This document shows, piece after piece, positions 11,451 to 25,291 of a stretch of 64,000 nt of DNA (the stretch's first letter is position 1; each line of letters opens with the position of its first letter). The stretch comes from Saccostrea cucullata (lineage: Eukaryota): NCBI RefSeq assembly GCF_032062105.1, contig NW_026938675.1, forward strand, positions 1 through 64,000, in the 5' to 3' direction. The position numbers were made by a program, and so were the translations under genes. The notes beneath the pieces were generated by a model that was given only the letters and a program-made list of their open reading frames with translations, was not told the origin of the DNA and did no database searches.

Positions 11451-11853
11451 GCAGCGATTCAAGAATGAGATTATGACGTCACACTTTTTCATTCATAGTC
11501 TAGACAGTCTAACCAGTTTGAACTGGATTTTTTTACTGAAAACAAAAGACAAAGAACACAGAATTTTTGATTTTTCATTTTTATTTGTAACAACAAACAA
11601 CAACAAATAACAAACAACTTATTTACAATACATTTTGATAAAAACATTGACACTTTTGTCCAATATCCGTACGTAATTTATGATAAGTGTTTTGAAAATA
11701 AGTTGTTTGTTGTTTGTTGTTACAAATAAAAATAAAAAATTCTGTGTTTTTTGTCTTTTGTTTTCAGTAAAAAAATCCAATTCAAATTGGTTAGACTGTC
11801 TAGACTATGAATGAATGCGTGACGTCATAATGACATTTTTGAAACGCTGCCAA
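11449..11853. repeat. Large inverted repeat (arms ~190 bp, loop ~35 bp) made from inner-TIR sequence
   Basis: TTGGCAGCG...TGACGTCAC...AGTCTAGACAGTCTAACCA...CAACTTATTT mirrored at 11677-11853. Confidence 0.85.
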
Positions 11854-11906
11854 AATCGTAGTAGCAGCGTATAGTATAATGTAAACACAGTGTAACCGCC
11901 CCGTAT

Positions 11907-12042
11907 TTAGGGGATAGGTTAGGGTTAGGGCTAAGGGGGGGGGGGGTAGGGCAAGGGGGTTAGGGTTAAGGGTTTAGGGCTAGGGGTTAGGGTTAGAGGG
12001 CTAAAGGGGTAGGGATAGGGGTTAAGGTTAGGGGGTTAGGAC
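11907..12042 (+). repeat. Degenerate (TTAGGG)n telomere-like tract in right TIR
   Basis: GGGTTAGGGTTAGGG-type units mirroring 7345-7484. Confidence 0.85.
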
Positions 12043-13209
12043 TGGGTTGACCTCCCTATCCCCTCAACCAATCAGAACTGATCACGTGATTCTCTAAGCC
12101 AATCAGAATCCTCCCCTATCTAGGTGCCTTATACTACTCTTGGGCCAAGGATACCCTGTGACAAATTTGGTACCTATTGGCCAAGGGGTTCCTGAGTTAT
12201 ATGGCCCTTTTTCTAAAAAGTTTATGCACACCGCACAAATGTCCGTAGCATTAGCTCTTTGAGCCTTTGAGCCTCAGAAGAGCTAAAAATAAAGAGATAT
12301 ATATGTTACACATAAATATACGTATTTATTCCTTACGGCGCAATTCATCAAAATAGTCTGCTTGTTGTGAATCGAATTCTTCTATGACTGCAGGAATACT
12401 GTAACAGGACAGAAAACGGGAAATAATGCGGGAACTTGGTGCTAGAACTTTTAAATGGTTAAAAAGTATTACATACTGCTGAATGAGCCGCAATGCATTG
12501 TGGGCTACTACAAGTTCCCAGCTGTGTTGAAAATAAGGGGCAACTTGAATTGTCCCTTGGAAACTTATTTTTAATTCTTTTTTGAGATTTGTGAAAGAAA
12601 TATTTAAAATGATGTATAATCTTTCATTTCTATGCTCACATTTACAAAACTTGCTTTATGAAGCATAATATATCAACTCATAATATATCGGCCTAAATCA
12701 TTGTTCAAAGAGACGTAGATGCTATCGTTTCGATAAAACATTGATTTTTTTTTCACGTGATATTCGTGTACATAGTTTTAGCAGGTAGTATGTACGTCTT
12801 TGGTTTTAGACTACAGGAGAGGGTGTGCAATTATTATTTAACCCCTCAATATCATCAGAAAGTTTTTTTATGTACATGTACATGCAACCGTCAAAGCGTT
12901 TGTACGATATTCGAAGCAATTATTAATCATCTAAAACAAATACAATATTAAATGTGAGCATGGAGCAATGTCTTTAGAATATAATCTTTCAATTTCGGTC
13001 TTATAAAGTGATAAAGAAACTCTACAGTTTTTCCGGTAGCGAGTTAAATTTTGTGAAGTAAACCGACTAAAACCACGTGTCGCCATTGAATCGTAAACAC
13101 GTAGTAGACTGCCATGCTTTGGAACTCATTCACTTGATTGGAGAACAGGTGTGACGAGGACATCGTCACGTGTTGAAAATTGCCTTCCATATAAGGTAGT
13201 GGTCTCGAC

Positions 13210-14612
13210 CTGTTAAACCATGGCATTTTCTTATGTGTTGATTGTGACTGCCATCTGTTGATGTGACCATTTTCACATGTTGACACTGTAGAGATCATGG
13301 CGCCTTTGCTGTATTCTACAAGTGGGACACTTTTTCCATTACAAATATTACAGACAGATAAAAGTTGAGAAAGTGCACTTTCTGACACAACATAATATTT
13401 CTCCTCTGATGGATTATCTGTTTCATCTAATCTGTAGTTACATGTCTCCTCTTCATCTGATTCCTCGTCCAATTCTGAATCCTCAAAATCGCTTGCATTG
13501 AAATCAGAGTCAATATCTCTGTTATCATAATTTTCATCAGAACGTCATTCCTCATGTTCATTAATTGCCATATATGCATCCGTGTTGATACTGTCTGCTT
13601 GACTATTTAATATATTCTCTGTAGATTGTCCGCACTTAAAACAGTACTGTAATTCACTGCACTGAATTTCAGCATCAACTGTCTTGAAACCTATTTTTGA
13701 TTTACCTATTTGGATTCTTCTTGTCTTTGTTTTGACTTTGGGGTCTGGGATAAATGCCTGGATGGCTTTGTCAGCCAATAATGTCTCACATTCCGCAGAA
13801 GATGAAGGAGTTTCTTGTTCAGTTTCAGGAACTTCATCTACTTTTTCATTTTCATTACTATCTTCACTGTCATCACTCTCTATCATTGCCTCTTTTAATA
13901 CCTGTTTTTAATGTACAATTTCATTGAAAAATAAAAAAAAAACTTTTTGAAATAATCAATGTAAGATATACATAAAATGTTATATAAACTTAAACTATGA
14001 CATCAGCATTTGTAAATTGAGGTTGTGATCCCCCCTTTTTTCCTTGCTCTGCTTACTAATGTATAACAATTATTAACAACTATTTAGATGATCAATACAA
14101 AGAAACAACAAAATTCTATACATGTAAAATGAATTAACATCATAGCATTTTAAACCATTTTTTAAAAATGTAATTGTAATGTCACAAATATAATTAATAA
14201 AGAACAACATGTAAGTTTTTAACCATATTTTAAAGAATAACTAGGTTTTTTTTACCTCAAGTCTTTGTCGCTTTCTAAATGCACCAAATCCTGGTGATTT
14301 TTTCTCAGTGTTTGATGAAGTTGAACATTCGTCTTGGATAGGCCACTCAGCATCGGGTACAGCATCAATCTTTAATTGCGCACGAGCATTAGGATAACCT
14401 AATTCAGCTAACCGGGGTGGATAACGTGAATATTGAACTGCCGTAAAGTGTTTCTCACATATTTTACTGTACTTTGTAAATTTAAGGTCTCTTCTACGGC
14501 AGTAATGTACCCATGATTTTTGAAGACCTGCATCTTTTGGGAAGCGAAAAAATGACACATTTTTGTCCACTTTTGAGGAGCTTGAACAATTATAAACAGC
14601 ACAATAAGGCAT
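13210..14612 (-). pseudogene. THAP-domain transposase 5' part (Kolobok-like), two exons, truncated; copy 1
   Basis: Exon 1 MPYCAVYNC...FFRFP...W...C...ICEKHF...AVP (THAP), GT donor ~14255. Exon 2 from ~13901 is acidic, then YYVVSESALSQLLSVCNIC...CENGHINRWQSQ; internal TGA at 13545. Confidence 0.7.
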
Positions 14613-14779
14613 CCTTACAAACTATAAATAACTCTGAACACAAAGAAATGTAATTGTGCAAGTTCTTTATTTATGACTTAAAATATAACCCATTACTGGC
14701 AATTAAGGAAACTATTTGTCTTTGATCAATGATAAGAAAGATTTATAGTATCTCTGGCTGAAACATTTAATAGCATCTC

Positions 14780-16237
14780 TGTGCTGTAACTGATCTCTGA
14801 CGTCACTCCCGACTCTTTCCGATCTCTGGGCTTTAATGTCCAAGTGATGAAGTCCCTGAAGAGAACATTGAAGATCAATTTAACAACAATGGAAATTCTG
14901 AAGTCGAAAACACCTTGCCTGTTAAAGACAAGACCCATGATAAACCGTTAGAGAGGAGCAGGGAGGAGAATAATGGACACTTGTCAACCCCAATCCAGAT
15001 GGAACCTACGAAATCAAGACTGGGCAGGCTTATAAAAACTCCAACAAGATTTAGAAAATAAACACTTAAAACTTGCTTCTATGTAAAAATGTTCCAATGT
15101 TTTGACTGCAATATTACGTACAAACATAAAAGGAATTTACAGAGACATTTAGAAGAACACCATTATTCCAGGAAGAAAGTTTATCAATGTGACATTTGTC
15201 AAAAGATAATTACAAGGAATTTTAACTTTAAAAACATTATTTTTCGCAACACAGTTTAATGGAAGTTTTAAATGACCTTTCGCCAGAAGATATTTTAAAC
15301 ATTTCTTGTGACCAGAATATGGATTATACTGTGAAAAGCGATTTGTATGAGGACATTTCATCTGATGAAGAAGAGTCCGAGCTATCACAAGATTCCGAGG
15401 ATTGTAACAAAACAGAAGAGAACTTGAGTGCCGAGGACATTAATGAGGAAGAAAAAGACAGTGTTTCTGAGGAGAAGAAATCGATTACAATCCAGTTAAT
15501 TCATAGAAGAATCAAACACCGTGATGGACATTCGGAAATCGTAAAAGCAATAAACTTTTCTTATTCCGAAGAAATGAAAGAGGTGCCAGTGGTAGATTTG
15601 ATGACCGATTTCATGGACGATTTCTTGGACAATTCCAATGAGAGAAAGGAATGAACTGTGACCGTGTATAAACTAGTAAATAGATGACATTTTAATGTTT
15701 TTTTTAATTCATCATTTATGAGTATTTTTGTTTAAAACTGCTATCATTGCATATATGATGATGTATATCGTTGATTTTGTTTTATTAAAATGACTTTGTG
15801 TTTTATTACAAAGAGGAATTATTATCAGGAGCTACCAAAATATGAATGTGAAAAGGATTTACTCGGAAACGCTACACAAGTAGTGAGGAAAGTAGTGATC
15901 ATAATAATACAGCGCGTGACAATTCTACCGTGAAAAAATCAACTGTGTGTTGGATACTAAACAAAACAATCAGGAATTACCCTGATGGTACTATGGAGGT
16001 GAGCCGGGACACTCGTGTGGTCTATTCCGAGGATTTAACACCTAGTGACATTGACTATGAAAGTGTAGCTTCGGAGGTTTTATCCGAAATTCCGAAACAT
16101 TTCGAGGAGGGAAATGTTAGATTCGCGTGTGGCGACTTTACCCATTTGTGAAAAAACGAACATATTTGACTGTAAATATTGTCTCAAGTGATGTTTAAAT
16201 GTACATACAGCTTATAACTTATTATGTTTTATTGTAG
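14780..16237 (+). mobile_element. Gypsy-like LTR element 3' fragment with pol tail and C2H2/acidic extra ORF(s); copy 1
   Basis: Pol tail SRLGRLIKTPTRFRK* ending ~15061. ATG 15089 CFDC...H...H / CDIC zinc fingers join ORF 15259-15654 by a 1-nt A-run frameshift. 15930-16151 carries NYPDGTMEV. Homologous to 26058-26789. Confidence 0.7.
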
Positions 16238-17089
16238 CTGCAGATCTGTAGCTCTCCGAAATATATATATATTGATAGACCGGAGAGCTACAGAGCCACC
16301 CATTGAAAAAACTGTATATTTATTGCGCACAAAAAATTACCTATCTGTTTACTTTACATACTGCTGAATGAGCCGCAATGCATTGTGGGCTACTACATGT
16401 TCCCAGCTGTGTTGAAAATAAGGGGCGACTTGAATTGTCCCTTGGAAACTTATTTTTAATTCTTTTTTGAGATTTGTGAAAGAAATATTTAAAATGATGT
16501 ATAATCTTTCATTTCTATGCTCACATTTACAAAACTTGCTTTATGAAGCATAATATATCAACTCATAATATATCGGCCTAAATCATTGTTCAAAGAGACG
16601 TAGATGCTATCGTTTCGATAAAACATTGATTTTTTTTTTCACGTGATATTCGTGTACATAGTTTTAGCAGGTAGTATGTAGGTCTTTGGTTTTAGACTAC
16701 AGGAGAGGGTGTGCAATTATTATTTAACCCCTCAACATCATCAGAAAGTTTTTTATGTACATGCAACCGTCAAAGCGTTTGTACGATATTCGAAGCAATT
16801 ATTAATCATCTAAAACAAATACAATATTAAATGTGAGCATGGACCAATGTCTTTAGAATATAATCTTTCAATTTCGGTCTTATAAAGCGATAAAGAAACT
16901 CTACAGTTTTTCCGGTAGCGAGTTAAATTTTGTGAAGTAAACCGACTAAAACCACGTGTCACCATTGAATCGTAAACACGTAGTAGACTGCCATGCTTTG
17001 GAACTCATTCACTTGATTGGAGAACGGGTGTGACAAGGACATCGTCACGTGTTGAAAATTGCCTTCCATATAAGGTAGTGGTCTCGACC

Positions 17090-19495
17090 TGTTAAACCAT
17101 GGCATTTTCTTATGTGTTGATTGTGACTGCAATCTGTTGATGTGACCATTTTCACATGTTGACACTGTAGAGATCATGGCGGCTTTGCTGTATTCTACAA
17201 GTGGGACACTTTTTCCATTAAAAATATTACAGGCAGATAAAAGTTGAGAAAGTGCACTTTCTGACACAACATAATATTTCTCCTCTGATGGATTATCTGT
17301 TTCTTCTAATCTGTAGTTACATGTCTCCTCTTCATCTGATTCCTCGTCCAATTCTGAATCCTCAAAATCGCTTGCATTGAAATCAGAGTCAATATCTCTG
17401 TTATCATAATCTTCATCAGAACAATTCCTCATGTTCATTAGTTGCCATATATGCATCCGTGTTGATACTGTCTGCTTGACTATTTAATATATTCTCTGTA
17501 GATTGTCCGCACTTAATACAGTACTGTAATTCACTGCACTGAATTTCAGCATCAACTGTCTTGAAACCTACAGCTCAACAAACTTTTTAAGCTCACATGG
17601 TTTTTCGCACAAATTAAGGTCACATTGATATGATATAATATTGTGTATAGAGACAACAAAATACATTTTAAAAGTATTTTGTCTACATAATTTGAGTTCT
17701 ATTTTATTTACTGAAACATAATTCACACAAATCAATTGGTCGAACTTTGATATATTCATGGCTGCAAAATAACAACTATTCTCATTTGAATTTTTGTAGT
17801 TTCTTGCCAATTGTAACTGTCTTTTTATCCGTTCTTTTGAAAGCAATAGCTCTTGGCAGAAACGTAGACATCGGTACAGTACAGCTACTGTAACTTGTAT
17901 TTTCTGTTCATATTGACTCTTTAACTCGGGGTGGTAATAGTATTTTTATCTGTTTGACTGCTATCTATGTTAATAAGGTGGGATTTTTAAGAGTCAACTT
18001 CTAAAATCTAGAATCATGAAAGATTCATCTCAGTGCAAAATTTTAACGTTTCAAACCGTAAATGCAGAAGAATTTTCCTTTTCATAGAAGGAATTTACTG
18101 TTCAAAATAATAAACAATACTTCATTATCCTACCCTTTAGTGTGGTTTCCTGTTGCAATATTATCCCTTTCCGGTGCTTTATTTCGACGAAACAAAGAGG
18201 AGTATGGTAAATGAGCAAAGATTTTTTAAAAATACTCACCTTTAAGAAGAAAATTTAAAAAATTCAACAACATGGGATCAAGGAGAGCTCGTTTAATACA
18301 ATGTGTAAAAACCTATGGTAGAATCGTACAGTCGAAACATCCTACCATTTATTATAAATTTTCCTTTAAAACATCCACTTTGGAAACTTAAATAAATGTG
18401 TTTTTGTGAAGTATTTTCATAATGATTTTAAAAGACATTTATGCTTGACATTATATATGTAATATAACGCAGGGTTATGCCATTGTACTGCAGTTCCAAA
18501 ATTGTTATTTTTATTTCAACAATGTGACCTTAATTTGTGCGAAAAACCATGTGAGCTTAAAAAGTTTGTTGAGCTGTATTTTTGATTTACCTATTTGGAT
18601 TCTTCTTGTCTTTGTTTTGACTTTGGGGTCTGGGATAAATGCCTGGATGGCTTTGTCAGCCAATAATGTCCCACATTCCGCAGAAGTTTCCGCAGGAGTT
18701 TCTTGTTCAGTTTCAGGAACTTCATCTACTTTTTCATTTTCATTACTATCTTCACTGTCATCACTCTCTATCATTGCCTCTTTTAAAACCTGTTTTTGAT
18801 GTACAATTTCATTGAAAAATAAAAAAAAATACTTTATGAAATAATCAATGTAAGAAATACATAAAATGTTATATAAACTTAAACTATGACTTTGTAAATT
18901 GAGGTTGTGATCCCCCCTTTTTTCCTTGCTCTGCTTACTAATGTATAACAATTATTAACAACTATTTAGATGATCAATACAAAGAAACAACAACATTCTA
19001 TACATGTAAAATGAATTAACATCATAGCATTTTAAACCATTTTTTTAAAAATGTAATTGTAATGTCGCAAATATAATTAATAAAGAACAACATACAAGTT
19101 TTTAACCATATTTTAAAGAATAACTAGGTTTTTTTTTACCTCAAGTCTTTGTCGCTTTCTAAATGCACCAAATCCTGGTGATCTTTCTCAGTGTTTGATG
19201 AAGTTGAACATTCGTCTTGGATAGGCCACTCAGCATCGGGTACAGCATCAACCTTTAATTGCGCACGAGCATTAGGATAACCTAATTCAGCTAACCGGGA
19301 TGGATAACGGGAATATTGAACTGCCGTAAAGTGTTTCTCACATATTTTACTGTACTTTGTAAATTTAAGGTCTCTTCTACGGCAGTAATGTACCCATGAT
19401 TTTTGAAGACCTGCGTCTTTTGGGAAGCGAAAAAATGACACATTTTTGTCCACTTTTGAGGAGCTTGAACAATTATAAACAGCACAATAAGGCTT
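17090..19495 (-). pseudogene. THAP/Kolobok-like transposase 5' part; copy 2
   Basis: Paralogue of 13210-14612; start ATG changed to AAG, frameshifts, MITE inserted in exon 2. Confidence 0.7.
17571..18576. mobile_element. Tc1/mariner-type non-autonomous element, 1006 bp
   Basis: ~57-bp TIR CAGCTCAACAAACTTTTTAAGCTCACATGG...; TA TSD; empty site with a single TA in copy 1 at ~13692. Confidence 0.92.
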
Positions 19496-21117
19496 CCTTA
19501 CAAACTATGAATAACTCTGAACACAAAGAAATGTAATTGTGCAAGTTCTTTATTTATGACTTAGAAATATAACCCATTACTGGCAATTAAGGAAACTATT
19601 TGTCTTTGATCAATGATAAGAAATATTTATAGTATCTCTTTGGCTGAAACATTTAATAGCATCTCTGTGCTGTAACTGATCTCTGACGTCACTCCCGACT
19701 CTTTCCGATCTCTGGGCTTTAATGTCCAAGTGATGAAGTCCCTGAAGAGAACAATGAAGATCAATTTAACAACAATGGAAATTCTGAAGTCGAAAACACC
19801 TTGCCTGTTAAAGACAAGACCCATGATAAACCGTTAGAGAGGAGCAGGGAGGAGAATAATGGACACATGTCAACCCCATTCCAGATGGAACCTACGAAAT
19901 CAAGACTGGGCAGGCTTATAAAAACTCCAACAAGATTTAGAAAATAAACACTTAAAACTTGCTTCTATGTAAAAATGTTCCAATGTTTTGACTGCAATAT
20001 TACGTACAAACATAAAAGGAATTTACAGAGACATTTAGAAGAACACCATTATTCCAGGAAGAAAGTTTATCAATGTGACATTTGTCAAAAGATATTTACA
20101 AGGAATTTTAACTTTAAAAACATTATTTTTCGCAACACGGTTTAATGGAAGTTTTAAATGACCTTTCGCCAGAAGATATTTTAAACATTTCTTGTGACCA
20201 GAATATGGATTATACTGTGAAAAGCGATTTGTATGAGGACATTTCATCTGATGAAGAAGAGTCCGAGCCATCACAAGATTCCGAGGATTGTAACAAAACA
20301 GAAGAGAACTTGAGTGCCGAGGACATTAATGAGGAAGAAAAAGACAGTGTTTCTGAGGAGAAGAAATCGATTACAATCCAGTTAATTCAGAGAAGGATCA
20401 AACACCGTGATGGACATTCGGAAATCGTAAAAGCAATAAACTTTTCTTATTCCGAAGAAATGAAAGAGGTGCAAGTGATAGACTTGATGACCGATTTCAT
20501 GGACAATTTCTTGGACAATTCCAATGAGAGAAAGAAATGAACTGTGACCGTGTATAAACTAGTAAATAGATGACATTTTAATGTTTTTTTAAATTCATCA
20601 TTTATGAGTATTTTTGTTTAAAACTGCTATCATTGCATATATGATGATGTATATCGTTGATTTTGTTTTATTAAAATGACTTTGTGTTTTATTACAAAGA
20701 GGAATTATTATCAGGAGCTACCAAAATATGAATGTGAAAAGAATTTACTCGGAAACGCTACACAAGTAGTGAGGAAAGTAGTGATCATAATACAGCGCGT
20801 GACAATTCTACCGTGAAAAAATCAACTGTGTGTTGGATACTAAACAAAACAATCAGGAATTACCCTGATGGTACTATGGAGGTGAGCCGGGACACTCCTG
20901 TGGTCTTTTCCGAGGATTTAACACCTAGTGACATTGACTATGAAAGTGTAGCTTCGGAGGTTTTATCCGAAATTCCGAAACATTTCGAGGAGGGAAATGT
21001 TAGATTCGCGTGTGGCGACTTTACCCATTTGTGAAAAAACGAACATATTTGACTGTAAATATTGTCTCAAGTGATGTTTAAATGTACATACAGCTTATAA
21101 CTTATTATGTTTTATTG

Positions 21118-22234
<1,117 letters not shown>

Positions 22235-22302
22235 GTTTTATTGATGTTTAAGTGTATTATTTTTATCTGTTGAACGAAATCAAAAGTTAAGCGTGGGGGA
22301 GT

Positions 22303-24387
22303 TGTTGCCTGACGTCACGGCGTCAGACAGTACTAGATTTAACCAGGGCTTTTTTATGCAGTCGTTCCATGAAATTGTTTAGATAGTTCGATGGTGGAAA
22401 TTTCGATACATGCATAATCTCCATCTCAGGAGGAAATGAGCTTTTATTAACATTACTGAATGATCTTGTCTTTAGTATAATCCGTGCTTTCATCATTGAA
22501 CATGTCCGCTTCAGTTCTCTATAAAATTGCCTTATTATATAAATCTCACTGTTTTGTTGTGTATCAAAGATTAAGTCATTTTACATGTTTCGTTTAAATA
22601 ACTGAATGCTTATTTTCAGTAATATTATACATTGACATTGAATTAAGTAGTACCTAAACATCAGGCACGTGGTCAAATATTTTCCTTAGTTGCCCTGCTC
22701 CAAGTATTGTAAAAACTGATAATACAGTGCCTGAGAAAAATGCAGTGAAAACAGAAAAAAAGTCTTATTCAAGTTCGCTTTAATTCTTTATTGTGTAAAT
22801 AGATTTGTATGTTGCTGAAGTGTTATACTTCACTCCTTTCCATCGATGATATTTTGGACGATATTACATTGTAAATTAGTTTGCATCTTCTTTTTTCTTT
22901 TCCCAGATCCCTCAGTTCAGAATTTCATCAATCAATTACGTAGCAGTGTTAAGTAGAGAATCACTGTACATCAAATGGTTTGAGAAGCAATGAAAGCTTT
23001 CAAGAACAGCAGGGGAATGGTCAGCATGTGTAACGCTCTGTCAAGATTGTTATCGCCAGGGTTAGGGTTAGGCTTATACGCGCCCATTAAGTGATCAAAG
23101 ATCTTCCCATTGATTTCATCATTTACAACCTTCATTTTATTCTGTTTGTTGAATAAAAACTCAGTTAGGTCATTTAACATATAAAACATTATTTGAAAAA
23201 TGCTGACCCGGGATCTTGAAACATCTTATGCCTAAGTCGATCAAAATCTTTATTATACCCCCCCCCCCCCCCCCCGCTTGAAAAGTGGGAGGGTACACTG
23301 TATATAGTAATCGGTATTCGGTATGTCCGTCCGTTCGTCTGTTACGCTTTGGGGTACCCATCTCTTATCCGCAACTCCTCTCATACCACTGAAGGAAAGT
23401 TAATGAAACTTTCACAGAATCTTTATTACGTTTCCATTGTGCACATTCTATTTTACTTTTTGATCTGACATATATTTTGGATTTTCCAGAGCAAAACATG
23501 GATACTACCATTATATTCATATGGGAGGCCGCGGTATTATATTAGTAAGCTCATCGCTCAGAGTACGTCTAGGTTTATAATAAAATGCTGTAAAAGTCAA
23601 GCAGACCAGAAGGGTTAGAGTTAGGGTTATTTTTAACATTGTTTCACAGAGATGTTGTTATGTGCAAATGAAGAAATAAATTCCATAATTAATAAATATT
23701 TTATCCGCGATTAAAAATATCACTTAAGTCTTAGTTTCTTTCATGATGAGCTTCAATTTAAAGTTCTTTGTACATTATTATATACAATATTGAAAACGCA
23801 TGGTCTTGAAGATATATTATCGAACGAAAGAAATTATATAACATAATTTATTATTTCTTTCCGCTTTATGAATTTAAGCAGACAACGTCAGACAAGCTTT
23901 TTAGGAAAGCTAATACTTGTAGTAATTTAGTTTAACTGAAAAAAATTGTTTTGTTTACGTAATTATTTAACGGTCACTCATTGTTTATATAACTGTTTTT
24001 AGACATAGCTTCTCGATGCTCCTCGCGAGGATCTGTTAGTTTGACCATTACGTAACTCTTGTTTTGAAGGCGATGCTCCATCTGAGCAACGGCCAGCGGG
24101 TATATATATATGGGGGGAATTTTGGGTCAGATAGCCACAGTTTTCTTGGGGATTTATCAGTATAGTCACTTTCGTTGGGAATTTATTAGTTAAGTCAATT
24201 TTACTTGGGATTTACATGTACACAAACCGTTCAGAAGATGTTGGATTATTGTCTAAATATTAATATTTTGATTTGTTTTACGGGGCCTAAAGAAATTGTA
24301 TATAAAACTTACTCATCGTTTTATTTCAACAAGAATTTGTTTTGTTTGTTTATTCAGGAAATGGCACATGTCATTATATGTGTAGCA
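22303..24387 (+). mobile_element. Possible 3' LTR of the Gypsy fragment, interrupted by 22330-23885
   Basis: TG start right after the PPT; CGTCAGACA repeated at 22321 and 23886 (possible TSD); TATA-like at ~24101; ends in GTAGCA. No second LTR available to confirm. Confidence 0.35.
23251..23576 (+). mobile_element. Helentron/DINE-like short element
   Basis: TTATACCC head, GTCCGTCC microsatellite, CTAGGTT end. Confidence 0.5.
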
Positions 24388-25291
24388 TAAGAGAGACACA
24401 TAAGAACATAATTGGCTCATGGAATCCAAAAAAAATCATAAGATTTCGTAAAAAATACAATTGTGTAATAAAACACTAGTATTATATCATTAAAAACAAG
24501 TACTTAAGAAAAACATTTAATTCAGTATATCTAAAAGAGAATGGCGGGTAACTATATAATTTTTGTACTAAGTATAGCCATTTACCCGAGGATGACCCGT
24601 GAAAGCAATAATGTGCTTATTTCCAATTGGGTCCTCATACATTGTAATAGTAATTAACCTACTTAGCACTAAATGCTATGATATAAATAAGAATAAATAA
24701 ATAAGGCAATATATATGTTTTAAGAAGCTAATAGAATAAAAAGGAGGAGATATTAAGACAGAGGAATATTTTTCCTGTTTCACATTTATTGAATAATGTC
24801 TAAATTTAGCCGTTTACCGCTCGACGGCGCTACACTTTGTGTGTCCGTGAGTATTGAAACTTTCTTTCCTCTACTTTTATAACTGTTGACCAGATGTGTA
24901 ATCAATAGTTTAGGATAAGCAGTAACGAAAGATCAAAAAATCGACTCCACTTCATGCACAAGCTAACATCGTTTTCGAAGCTCAAACAAAGATAACTCGT
25001 ACGTGTTTTCTTCATTTAATGCGACAGTTGTCTAAACGTTTAACGGAAAGGATTTCGAAGTTAATTTACAGAGATAATGGTTGAAACATTTTTGTTTTAC
25101 ATTATGTTTACTTTTTTGTGCAAGTGGGAAGTGAATTTAAATCTAGGACGTCGCTGTCAGATAAGCATGGTAAGTCCATTCCCTGTGGGCGCCTCTCGAT
25201 ATCACCATTTAACATGACAACATGGTTTGACTAACGGTAATCAGGTAATGGCAGAGGGAGGATTAAAATTTATCATTGCATGGTAAATGTA

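Larger units (their letters stand above)
7242..12138. mobile_element. Polinton/Maverick-like non-autonomous element, 4897 bp
   Basis: AGTAGT...ACTACT termini; 6-bp TSD CTTGGG (7236-7241, 12139-12144); long TIRs ~7242-7670 and ~11720-12138; no pPolB, integrase, ATPase or capsid ORF visible. Confidence 0.85.
6606..12288 (-). mobile_element. Helentron-type non-autonomous element (same family as 36479 and 50640 copies), split by the Polinton-like insertion into 6606-7241 and 12139-12288
   Basis: Reverse complement of TTTAGCTCTTCTGAG... head at ~12288; GGTCACnGTGACCTACTTTT repeats at 6640-7050; the two halves join across the CTTGGG duplication. Confidence 0.85.
12469..16336 (+). repeat. Tandem duplication unit, copy 1 (~3.9 kb)
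   Basis: Near-identical to 16354-21226 throughout; ends inside a MITE left TIR. Confidence 0.95.
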
